Of a DNA stretch of 64,000 bases, positions 49,455 through 62,020 are shown piece by piece. A program made the translations under genes and the position numbers. How positions within the stretch are numbered: position 1 is the first letter of the stretch; each line of letters begins with the position of its first letter. Origin of the DNA: Tubulanus polymorphus (lineage: Eukaryota > Animalia > Nemertea); NCBI RefSeq assembly GCF_964204645.1, contig NC_134033.1, positions 1,260,131 through 1,324,130 of the forward strand, read 5' to 3'. The notes below the pieces were generated by a model. The model was not told where the DNA came from, did no database searches, and saw only the letters and a list, made by a program, of their open reading frames with translations.

Positions 49455-49620
49455 AAAGACTTCACGACCGGACACGAGTAGCAGCTCTTCCCTAGCAGGA
49501 CTCACTCGTGACAGCCGGATCCCCACCACTAACTTGGCTATAAACCTAGCTACTAGCAGGACTCGAACCTGCAACCTGTGGTACCCTAGCGGAGAATGCT
49601 AACCACTAGACCATAGACCA
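49455..49620 (-). mobile_element. tRNA-derived SINE (tRNA-like head)
   Basis: Minus strand A-box TGGTCTAGTGG, T-arm GCAGG-TTCGAGT-CCTGC; acceptor and anticodon stems do not pair. Confidence 0.65.
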
Positions 49621-52600
49621 GAGGTGACTGACTATGTTTGTAAGTTTGCCTGGTCTTTGCGGTGACCATTCATCCGTGGTGACCATTACCAGCTATCAGT
49701 CTCTGTTTCACCAGTCTCTGTTTCCTGGGCAACGTCTTCTTATCAATTCGAGAAATTCATCCACGTAAACAAGCGAAACTAGAACATCACAATGATTCGA
49801 TATTAACTCGCGGAAGATGAATTTAGTCTCGAATTATCTCCAGGAAACTTGTGTGTGACTTTTACAAGTGCATAAACTCTTTTGAGTGCCCTTTTTCATT
49901 TTGTCGTCAAAGAGAATTGATTGTTATATTTTCACGGAACGAAATAATTTGGCTCTCATTCCAACTCGTGAAAGATTTTCGTCTTCGGCGTTTGAACCTC
50001 TGACTCCTGAAATTCAAACGCGAAATCAATTTTCTTATTCAAACGGAATTTTCGAGTGCGAATTCATGTTTTCGGCGATTTTTATTCGAAACCTTTCTAG
50101 AATGAAAACTTTCCGTTTTAAACAGCATCGCACATTACACTCGCATGGCGTCTTTAATCATTCTCAGAGCAGTACACACGTGGAACCCCCCTCCCCTCCC
50201 CCTCCCCCTCCCCTCCCCAGCCCCTCTCCCTTTCACTAATTGAGCAGCATGACAAAGTACTTTCCCAGTTCAAGGTCGATTGATAATTACGATTTACAGG
50301 AACGGGACATGTTTTTTGGAAGCAGATTTTCTTTTCTGGTATTATTTTCAGTAGGGCTTTGATTATTCAGGAGCCGAGAGTTTATTGCCTGTTTGCTTTT
50401 TAACTTTTTATTCAAAGGACTGAATCTGAATCCCCGTGCACGCCCCGCTTTCGCCCCACACTCGCTCTCCCCTCATCCTTGTCGGGCTTATAGGTTATTG
50501 TCGTCACGGAAAATGAATGGAATGAAAAAAAAAAGATCGCGAAAAAGAAAATAGTCGATCGAACGTAGAAATCTCGGGAAAATGAAATCCAAGCAAGACA
50601 AAAAAAAAGATTTTCTAGACATTTATGAATATACAACAAAAACACCTGATCAAAAGAAAGTCCCTCCTAAAATCGTTTTCAACATTACCCCGATTTTTCA
50701 AATTCACCATTCTGGTTCCGTAGTTGTGAGTTGAAAGTTAACTCGGAATTATAATCAGGTAAAATGTTCGTTGTTTTACTAGTCAAATTTACCGCAGAAC
50801 TGTGGAACTGAGGGTCCTCTTGATCGCGTAGAATACGGCGGCAGCGGCAGCAGCAGCAGCAGCAGCGTCGGGGTAATAATAAAATAGGTTGTTTAAATGT
50901 AACTGTACCGAGGGAATTAAAGCAATTTGACGATTATAACTTGAACGGTAGACGAGAATTAACTCGATCAAACAGATGTGGATTATTGAGGGGTTGTTAT
51001 TATCGAGTCATTCTCGCGGCGGATCCCGCCAGCCTGTCAGCCAGCCCGCCCGCCAGCCCGCCCGCGACGTGTTAAATTAATATCGAAAAAAGGACTTTAC
51101 GAGTTTTCGTGCTATAGCAATGCGGTAATGCGTGTTGTTAGAAATATAAGATTCTTAATCGGTCCCTGAACACTGTTACCGAGCAGTTCAATCAGTACAG
51201 GTTATAGTGCACCGGTAGAAAACGACTGAACTCAGTTCCACAGTTGTGTGTGGGTTTAATTTGGTTGAACCCAGTTTTACAATTGTGTGGTTTTAATTTG
51301 GCTGAACCCAGTTTTACAGTTGTGCGGCTTTAATTTGCCTCTAGACCCAGTTCAACATTGTGTAGATTCTTTTTTATTTCTGGACCTAGTTCGACAGTTG
51401 GATGGGTTCATCTGGATTGAGTTCGACAGTTAATATATGGGTTGACTTTGGACCCAGTTCCACGTGCATTTATGACAGTTTTTTGGGTTTTATTCGGTTG
51501 TGCACCCAGTTCCACAATTGTTTCGATTTCATTTAACTCTTAACCAGGTTCCGCATCACAGATGCACTATTCACCATAAACAAAGATACGCCATACTTAC
51601 TTGACGATCAAAATGCAATCAGCTTGTGTCGAGTTCAAAAAGGCTTTCAATTCGATTAACACAAAATACAAATACACGATACCCCAAAGGCCTTCGACAT
51701 TATTCAATAATGGCATTTCTAAACCTGAACAATAATTACACCCTTCCGTTTTGGGTATCTTATGTACCAATAATCTTTGCATGAATTCAATTATTACGTT
51801 TTGTTTGTGTTGTATTTATACAAAACATCGGTATTTTTCTTTTCAAAATAATATAGATTGACTTCGCGTCCGCCCACATAATTGGCTCAAGGGGTGAAAA
51901 TCTAATAAATCAATTTTTTGTTTGTTTGTATGAACTTTTATTACTTTAAGGGATTTAACATTGTACTGTATCGGTGCATAGGTTCAAATAGTTTAAATCG
52001 GCGTACCTCAAGGGTGAGAGCATGGGGTCACTTCGAATTTCCTTTCTATCTCTTTTGCCAATTTTTGTCAAAAGCGCAATAGATTTCAGTTGTTTTGTTT
52101 TGTTAAGGGCTGGAATTAAGGATCAGACGTATTGAATTCATAATCAAATAATAAAACGGCGTACCTCAAGGTCGAGAGCATGATTAGTATTAAAATTCTA
52201 GAGCCTGTGGTGTTTTTATTAGTCAAACGTTGATTAGGTACTTCATTAATCATTACGCAACGACGTGAGACCCCCCTCCCCGATATTGAGTTGTTTGTCA
52301 ATCGGACCCAGGTGAGAGGTTCCGTCCTGTACACGGTACACGCGTTGTATGTTGAGACGTCTCAATTTGCAGCCATTGTTAATAACTTGCCAAACGGATA
52401 ATCAACGATTCATAAGTGATCACACGTTTGGGATTCGGTATAACGGGATGTATTATTGGGATGTTGTCCCCGGCAACCTGAGCTCTCAGTGCGCTTTTCA
52501 CAGTGTAGCCTCAATCTAGTTATTTACAAGAATATGTATACAAAATACAAATAACAGCGCTTAAACTGCTGCTGCTGCTTTTTGGAATTTTGCTGTTATC

Positions 52601-52675
52601 AATTGCCATCTCACTTCTCACGAATATTATGGTTACTGCTGTCCAAATGCCCAAGACACCTGATGTATCCCAAAT

Positions 52676-53722
52676 AGCGACACCTGGTGGATCCTCTATT
52701 GTCGCAGTAGTTGATATCCTACTGTACACCGGTGACACCTGGTGGATCCTCACTTGCCACAGATGGAATTTATGTCCCACTACACACTAGCGACACCCGG
52801 TGGATCCGCACACGCCACAAGTGGAATCCTCTATTGCCACAGCAGTTGATGTCCTACTGTACACTAGCGACACCTGTTGCATCGCTTACGAACGGAATCC
52901 TCAAATGCCGCAGAAGTTTTGCCGGTGTCTGCGGATCGGTGTCCGGTGTCACGCGGTGAAACAAAAGCTCAGAAATAAATGCGCAATTAATTAATTCAAT
53001 ATTTATTCGGCGGCGAATTTGACAAATATCTGCTATCAAAGTAAACCTTCGATTCTGTGAACGATTTCAATTCCGCGCAATCGACCTCTGAACGTAGATG
53101 GTTGGGCGCGACAGCGGTTAGCAATTACCGCACGCGTGAGGGGTGACACAAGAGGAGATATTGGGTACGTTATTGATCTATAGGTCGAACGTGCCTCATA
53201 CGGTGAACTGTAGCAGACGCGAATTCTCCTCGCGTAAACTTTACAGTAATTATTCGCTAATTATTTTCTAAAGTAAATAAAGATTAACACGATTTCATTA
53301 TCATTGATGCGTGTTCCGACAACTCCACCAGGTGTCGCTCGTTGTTTGTTGACACGATTTCATTATCATTGATGCGTGTTCCAACAACTCCACCAGGTGT
53401 CGCCTGTTGTTTGTTGACACGATTTCATCATTTTATTGATGCGTGTTCTGATAAGTCAGTCCACTAGGTGTCGCTTGTTGATTGTTGACACGATTTTATT
53501 ATTCAAGTCCAAAAATTGTCTTGAATCTTAAGGCTGGTCTTAAGTTGTTAGATTGGCTATAGAACTAAGTTAGGCCTTAGACCGGTCGTTAGTTACTAGA
53601 TTGGCTATAGAACTAAGTCGATCTTAGACTGTTCTTAAGTCTAAATCATGACTGTGCAGCCGGTCCCTGGGTTACGGTCATCCAAGATCATCGTGGTAAT
53701 AGAAGATCCACCAGGTGTCGCT
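52676..53722. promoter_or_regulatory. Two divergently oriented clusters of CTCF-like motifs (tccacYaggtgtcgc)
   Basis: Minus-strand motifs 52676, 52731, 52789, 52866; plus-strand motifs 53324, 53389, 53460, 53707 (65-bp tandem unit). Confidence 0.45.
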
Positions 53723-56700
53723 AGTAGTTTGTTCGTCTTCTGTGCTCCAATACATAGCTTCATTTTAATGGGGATCCAGGCTTTTTCGCCTGTGGCAAGC
53801 AAGAATTCCGCTAAGTCCAAATAGTCCTCACGACTCTGTTTTTGGAAATACATGTGGATATCAATGAACTATTTTTGCCATATCGTCACTACTACCCAGG
53901 AACTATTTTCGCAGTCAGTGTTGTCTGTTGTATTCATACGTACTTACATCAAGCAGACGTAGATTAAGGTCCCGGATGTGCGTTACCGCTGCGAATCAAA
54001 AAGTTTCCTTTTCTTGTCTTGTAAATGGTTCGATGATAGAATATTGGATTGCGTGACGTGGAGAGACGAGAGACGAGAGGCAGAGAAGTGAGAGAGAGAA
54101 GAAAGGAAGAATGGAGAGAGGGAAGAGGGAGAGAATGGGAGAGAGAAGAAAGGAGAGAGAGGGGAGAGGGAGAGAAGGGAGAGAGAAGAAAGAAGAGAGA
54201 GGGGAGAGGGAGAGAAGTGGAGAGAGAAGAAAGGAGAGAGAGGGGAGGGGGAGAAGGGAGAGAGAGAGAAGAAAGAAGAGAGAGGGGAGAGGGAGAGAAG
54301 GGGAGAGAGAAGAAAGGAGAGAGAGGGGAGGGAGAGAAGGGGAGAGAGAAGAAAGGAGAGAGGGAAGAGGGAGAGAAAAGGAAGGGATAGAGGAGAGTGA
54401 AGGGAGGTGAGCTGAGAGTGAGAACAAATAAGAGGGTTGGAGAGAAGAGAGGTAAGGCTAGGGCGTAACTTATCTTTGAAACTGTAACTTCAGATATACG
54501 TTTTCCAAACACTATTGATCGGCAGTCATTAAGTGCTCGATCAATCTTTACAGACAGGTAGAAAAAAACTAGCGACATTTTTCGATTCGACAATTGATTT
54601 CAGAACGAATTCGTTTTGACCCCCGCAGTGAATAAGCGTCGTGTGACTCTTTGTAGATGGTTGAATTAAGCATTTATAATTAAACAGTTTAACTCGCTTT
54701 AATTAGATCAAAGCGGTTTTTTCAATTTAGCCAAAGGAAATCGTGTTGTACGCGTGACATTTTGATTAATTGAATCGTCTGAAGCTTCTTGAAGCTGTTT
54801 TCGAGAAACCACCGAGGACCAGGTGCACAAGGCAAGACCAGTCTTAGCGAAACAACAAAACGAAATAAAAACCGGTCTAAGCTCACTTTAGTTCGAACAA
54901 CTTAAGACAAACTCACTATGGTTCTATAGCCAATCTAACAACTTAAGACCAGTCTATTCTCATTTTGGTTCTATAACCAATCTAACAACTTAAGACCAGT
55001 CTAAGCTCATTTTGGTTCTATAACCAATCTAACAACTTAAGACCAGTCTAAGCTCATTTTGGTTCTATAACCAATCTAACAACTTAAGACCAGTCTAAAC
55101 TCATTTTGGTTCTATAACCAATCTAACAACTTAAGACCAGTCTAAACTCATTTTAGTTCTATAACCAATCTAACAACTTGAGACCAGTCTAAGCTCATTT
55201 TGATTCTATAACCAATCTCACAACTTAAGACCAGTCTAAGCTCAGCTTAGTTCTATAGCTCATCAAGCAACCTAAATACCAGTCTAAGCTCATTTTCTAT
55301 TACCAATCTGAAAACCTAATCTAACAACTTGAGACCAGTCTAAGCTCATTTCAATTTAATACGACCCTCCGATTTAAGACCAAATTAGACCTGATCGACT
55401 GTTAATTCGACCAGATTCAGAGATAAATGAATTTCAATCAATCCATTTGAAATATTCAAACTACCGTCTGCTGTTGGGTTCACAGTAATATGAAACCTAC
55501 ATCAGTTACCAGTCATCAATTAAATATCATTCAGGCACAGTGAAATATCGAAATGTATATTCGATATTTGATATTTGATATCGTCGTTTAAATTCCTAAT
55601 AGCAGCAATTATAGAAACTGTTTGAAACCGAGGAAGCGGCAAATATCGATTATCATTTTGGCAAGATGTCTGCCTCCATAAATCCGCGCATGACATCACC
55701 CAAAATGACCTACTACATCCCATATCTATACCATATACCCCCTATGACATCATCAAGCAGATACTATAGTCTCTTCATTACAAGATGGCTGCCTTAATAA
55801 AACCCCCCTATGACATCATCAGTACAGAGTACCCCGTCTTGTATATTTCTCTTTGGAAATTCCCCGTTAGGAGAAATCATTCCAGCAAACATGGCTGACT
55901 CCATCAATCCCCTTATGACATCATCGTAGATTTGATTTGAAAAATCCTTTCCAGATAAATGACCGCCTTCGTAAATCCCCCTCCCCGGGTGAAATCTGTG
56001 AAATGGTCAAATTGCGCAGGGAATCCCTTCCAGACGAGATGGCTGCCTTCATCAATCACCCTATGACATCATCATATTGCGCAGGGAATCCCTTCCAGAC
56101 GAGATGGCTGCCTTCATAAATCACCTTATGACATCACCAAGATGGACAATACATCCTGACCATTGATAACATACTGCATGTAATTAGTGCCTATTTAGCG
56201 CAGTGTTTAGCGATGTCGGAGTCCAATCCCTTCTACAATATTATTTCGTATACTTCTCGGTGATTTCGAATATAAAAAAAGAACATATCTTTCTCGAAAT
56301 TTCTGAAAAATAATTTCGCAATCAATGCCGTTATTTGTTTTTGTTAAGTAACACAATACACGCTCGGTAAAAGCTGTCGTGTTTTTGAAACTGAATACAA
56401 GTCTCCTGAATTCGCTGCACGCAACATGAGGAATCTTACTGATTTTGCAGTTCATGGTGTTTCTGCATCATATTTATCATGTGGGCGAGATGATGGAAGC
56501 AGTAGTGATATCGGCAAAGGAAGGGGAAAGGGGGAGGGAGGGAGGGAGAAAGAAGAGTGATAAGAGTGAGGGAGAAAGAGGGAGAGGAAGGGGAGAGAGG
56601 AGAGAGATGGAGTGTGAGGGAGGGAGGGATAGAGTGAGATGGGAGAGGGATAGAGGAAAAGAAAAAATTTTCCGTGGTTTGGGGAAGGTTGGAGCTACTA

Positions 56701-58259
56701 TAGGGAGAGGGAGGGAGGAGAGGATAGAGGAGAGAGGGGAGAGGGAGAGAGGGAGAGAGGGAGAGAGAGGGGAGAGGGATAGAGGACAAAGAAACGATTT
56801 TACGTGATTAGGGAAGGGCTACTATACAGGGAGAGGGAGGTAAGGAGGTTGCAGATCATTGTGGCAAAAGGGAAAGGATGGTTGTTTTCGAGGTTAGATG
56901 AGATAGCATGAATTGAGATAGCGAGAGAGTGGGAGTTGTGACATATAAGAGATGGGGAGGGTTGACATATAAGTGGGACAGAGTGTGACGGGGAAAAGGT
57001 GAAAAGGAGATGAACGATGACAGTAAATAGAGGATGCGAGTAGAGGAGTGGTATAGGAGAGGAGTGAGACGAGAGAGGGGGAGAGGAGAGGGAGAGCAGG
57101 AAAGAGGAGAGAGAGAGAGCAGGAAAGAGGAGAGGGAGAGCAGGAAAGAGGTTGTTGACAAATTGAGTGCGTGGGACGCAAAACGAGAACTAATCAATAC
57201 TTTTTTATATCGATTTTGGATCAATCAATATCGATAGTGATCAGATACGATTAGAAATACACCCCGTATAACGCACAGGCACACACATATACATACACAT
57301 AGAGCCGTTTATCTGGTTGATGTCAACGTGAATTCTTACATCAGCGGCCAACAGCAGCAGCAGCAGCCAATAATAACAGCAGAAATTCGTGAAATCTCGA
57401 TGGACATCGCGAAGATTTTTCATATTGCCATCTATCGATTTGAGATCAATTTTCGGCGCCTTTTTTATTCGCGATAACACAAAGGAAATCACGTTGGCGT
57501 TTACGAGAGAATGTTCTGTAGCCATGGCTTTGACTTAAGATCATTGTTTAAGCTCGTTTCGCTTCTAAAAGCTTATAACTCAAGTTTTATCTTAAGATTC
57601 AAAGTTGCGACTTAAGGTCTAAAGAGTGATCTTAAATCTGAAGACTAGTTTCGATTTATTAGGTTTTCTTCTAGAACTAAGAAAGTTGAGATCTTAGACT
57701 TGGACTCAAATCTAAACTAGACTCTGCAACTGGGCTTAGGGTTGCACAGATGTAACTAACGTCCAAAAGTCGTCTTGAGTCTTAAAACTGGTCTTAAGCT
57801 TAGCTATAGAAATAAGTTGGTCTTAAACTTAAGTCATGACTCTGCTACTGGATCCAGGGTTCAGCTTAGATCTGAGACCAGTCTCGCCATTTTATTATTG
57901 ATGATATTAGAAAATGCAGACAATTTTTCATCTATTCAATTATTGCTTTTCTTGTTTCGTCTTGTCTGCGATGAGACCGCTTAACTATGTATCCGTCGTC
58001 TATCTATATACGTTAACGGGATAATCCGTTACTAATCCGCGTAAATCCTCGTAAATCCTTTGTGTCGACAGGACGGCGACATTGCAGCGATAACTCATAA
58101 CTTCCGCAGCTTTCAGACATCAACACAGAAAGAGACTTTGAGATATTCAATATGTTTCCATTATTACGATTTAATTACTTGAAATGAGTAGGCCTACGTT
58201 TTGAATCCGTCAACCTTAATACAGAAATCTGCTGCCTGGAACCTACATCCTCTTTAGAT

Positions 58260-59140
58260 TGTGGACGATCAGTTTGTGAAAGTGTGCTGATAAAATGTCT
58301 AATATCTGGTGTTTGTAGTTCATTTTCAATTAAAAATGTCTCAGGTGAAGCACTGAACACATGTGAAGTGTGGATGATCAGTTTGTGAAAGTGTGCTGAT
58401 AAAATGTCTAATATCTGGTGTTTGTAGTTCATTTTCAATTAAAAATGTCTCAGGTGAAGCACTGAACACATGTGAAGTGTGGACGATCAGTTTGTGAAAG
58501 TGTGCTGATAAAATGTCTAATATCTGGTGTTTGTAGTTCATTTTCAATTGAAAATGTCTCAGGTGAAGCACTGAACACATGTGAAGTGTGGACGATCAGT
58601 TTATGAAAGTGTGCTGATAAAATGTCTAATATCTGGTGTTTGTAGTTCATTTTCAATTAGAAATGTCTCAGGTGAAGCATTGAACACATGTGAAGTGTGG
58701 ACGATCAGTTTATGAAAGTGTGCCGATAAAATGTCTAATGTCTGGTGTTTGTAGTTCATTTTCAATTAGAAATGTCTCAGGTGAAGCATTGAACACATGT
58801 GAAGTGTGGACGATCAGTTTATGAAAGTGTGCCGATAAAATGTCTAATGTCTGGTGTTTGTAGTTCATTTTCAATTAGAAATGTCTCAGGTGAAGCACTG
58901 AACACATGTGAAGTGTGGACGATCAGTTTGTGAAAGTGTGCCGATAAAATGTCTAATGTCTGGTGTTTGTAGTTCATTTTCAATTAGAAATGTCTTAGGT
59001 GAAGCACTGAACACATGTGAAGTGTGGACGATCAGTTTTTGAAAGTGTGCTGATAAAATGTCTAATGTCTGGTGTTTGTAGTTCATTTTCAATTTAAAAT
59101 GTCTCATGTGAAGTGCTGAACACGTGTGAAGTGTGGACGA
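58260..59140. repeat. 109-bp satellite, about 8 copies
   Basis: Unit starts 58341, 58450, 58559...; same family as 1596-2099. Confidence 0.95.
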
Positions 59141-59454
59141 ATATTCAGCTATTTAAAAGACTTTTCGGTTTAAAGCTATTAAGATGTTTAGAGTTAATGG
59201 AGTTTGAATAAGTAACGATTTTGTATTCAGCTTCGGCGACGCGTCAAATAAATTTCCATCGGATAAACCTGTTGCGACTGGAGGGTCGCGTCGGCGCTTG
59301 TTCTGCCCGGGGCTAATCAGATTGTAGTCGTTCGCGTTAAGAAGATTTATTCAAGGTGAATACAAATTGTTGGCGGAAAGAATTCTATTAGATAAAACTT
59401 GTCTCAGTGTTATACACTTACTCAGTACACTGATGTCTCTTGTTGTGGTTGTTT

Positions 59455-59700
59455 GTGGAACTGGTACTGGTTATCAAACCCACACAGCTGTTGAACTGGA
59501 TCCACAGTCAAGTTAAAACCACACAACTGTGGAACTGGGTTCAGAGTCAAATTAAAACCAATAAAACCGTGGAACTGGATTCAGAGTCACAAATTAAACC
59601 CACACAACTGTGGAACTGGGTTCAGAGTCAAATTAAACCCACACAACTGTGGAACTGGGTTCAGAGTCAAATTAAACCCACACAACTGTGGAACTGGACC
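59455..59700. repeat. 39-bp minisatellite from MITE terminus (cacaactgtggaactggg)
   Basis: Reverse-complement degenerate array at 51230-51550. Confidence 0.85.
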
Positions 59701-61459
59701 CAGGCCACACTATACAAATGTCATAGTTTTGATATCTTTAATCGTCACTGAACCACTTAAAATTCTCGACAGCAGATTCATACAAAGTATCGATACCCAA
59801 TTTACTTGGGAAAAAATTATTTGAAATCGGATAATCAAACATTATCTGGAATTATAAAACAGAGTGACTTGTTGTTCCATTCCAAAGCCTTCAGGGCACG
59901 AGCGCTTTTGAAGTCATTTCGAATTTATTTATCTAACGAATCAGTGTCTAAAAGTCACCCCTCCTCAAACCGGTTACAATTCTCACCGATATTTACCGAC
60001 GACTTTTAACGGTTTAAAGAATTAGAATAAATTCTTTGTTTCGACGTCGCTTTTATTCATGTTCGATTGATGGATGGTGTTTTAAAACTCGACGCCGCCG
60101 CCGCCTGCCGCAGCGACTATAGCTAATTTGCATATTCATGAGCTGTGTTCCGTCGTCATGGTGGGCTGACGGCCAGATTTGCGTACATTGTTGTTGTTTA
60201 ACAGATCTGTTTTTCGCGATAAAAGCCGCCAGTTTTATTCGGGTTTAATGGCCGCGACGACGTTTCGGGTTTCCTGGCAGTGCTCGCCGTGTACCTCTCG
60301 AGGTTTTTGTCGTTTTTAGGACTCCTACGGGAAACCTGCGAGTTCGATCGCGCGGGATTTATTTCTACCAGCCGGGGTATAAAATACATTAATTATTTCG
60401 TGAGACTTTGCACCGAATACACCGAGATAAATGAGGATTGAGAGTGTGAGGGGAGGGGTGGGGGAGAAAAGTAGCGGTAGAGCGGGGAAAAAGAGAGGAG
60501 AGAGAGAAAAAGGGAGAGAGACGGAGAGAGAGGTAAGAGGTGTGAGGGAGAGGAAGGAGAGAGAGGGGAGAGGAGAGAGGGGTGATCAGGGGAGAGAGAG
60601 AGAGGGCGAGAGGGGGGAGTAGAGGGGAGAGAGAGAGTAGAGGGTAGAGAGGGGGAGTAGAGGGGTGAGAGAGATAAGGGGAGAGAGAGAGAGAGGAGAG
60701 GGGTGAGGGGAGAGAGAGACAAAGAGAGAGGGAAATAGAAGTGATAAGGGAGCAGGACAGAAGGAGGTCAGATAGAGGGAGGTAAGAGAGAAATGCAGAG
60801 AGGTAGTGAAAGCAGGGTAAGAGGGAAATATATATTAAATGAGGGGGGAGGGAAGGAGCGACGGACAAAGATAATAGGGGACAGGGAGCAGAGTAATGAG
60901 TCTAGGAGACTAGAAGTGTTTGAATAGAAGAGATCCTGGATTGAATGATTAAAAATACCGCTTTACCCAAAAACGTTCGCCTTGATTTATGTCTAACTGG
61001 AAAATGAAACAGTTTGTTCTGTTATGGATTTTTAATTATTTGAACTCTCTTTATCGGTATAGAATGAGTTACTTGAAAATGCGGGGCGGCTCCACTTCAG
61101 GGTTTTGGCAACTTGTGTCGTCAATATTTGATATGTGTAACTTAAAACAGCTCCATCGGCGTCAAACGGAAACTTGGAATTCGCCGAATACATTTCAAAC
61201 GGTGATCTCAAAATGGCGCCCAGCCAGCGCTGCTTAACTTGACAGCAGAAACAATCGATTTGTCGTTTGGATATTTCTCAAATCGCGTGCACGTTCGGTG
61301 ACAGCAGCTAACGGCGCGATATGACCTTTAAGGTCGTGTGGAGGAGGTGGTTCCCGATAACAATCGAATAGCGATAGACGAGATGTCAGACGATAAATCA
61401 TCACGAGATACATGAGCAGAATCGGGTCGAAATAAAATCAGCAATGAGTTTAGAGTTTC

Positions 61460-62020
61460 TACAGTTATTACTCTCTGTACCCAGGTCTAACAGTTATTAC
61501 TTTCAGGACCCAGTTCCACAGTTATAACTCTCAGGACCCAGTTCCACAGTTATTACTCTCAGGACCCAGGTCTACAGTTATTACTTTCAGGACCCAGTTC
61601 CACAGTTATAACTCTCAGGACCCAGTTCCACAGTTATAACTCTCAGGACCCAGTTCCACAGTTATTACTCTCAGGACCCAGGTCTACAGTTATTACTTTC
61701 AGGACCCAGTTCCACAGTTATAACTCTCAGGACCCAGTTCCACAGTTATAACTCTCAGGACCCAGTTCCACAGTTATAACTCTCAGGACCCAGTTCCACA
61801 GTTATAACTCTCAGGACCCAGTTCCACAGTTATAACTCAGGACCCAGTTCCACAGTTTAGGCTCTCTGTACCCAGGTCTAACAGTTATAATTCCCAGGAC
61901 CCAGTTCCACAGTTTAGGCTCTCTGGGCCCAGTTCCACAGTGTTATGACTCTCAGGACCCAGTTCCACAGTTTAGGCTCTCTGGGCTCAGTTCCACAGTT
62001 TAGGCTCTCTGGACCCATGT
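61460..62020. repeat. 28-bp minisatellite from MITE terminus (tcaggacccagttccacagttataactc)
   Basis: About 19 copies; related degenerate array 47320-47580. Confidence 0.9.

Noticed and set aside
49548-49620. Functional tRNA gene
   Set aside because: A/B boxes and T-arm present but acceptor and anticodon stems fail; treated as SINE head. Same for B-box-like words at 24532 and 42017.
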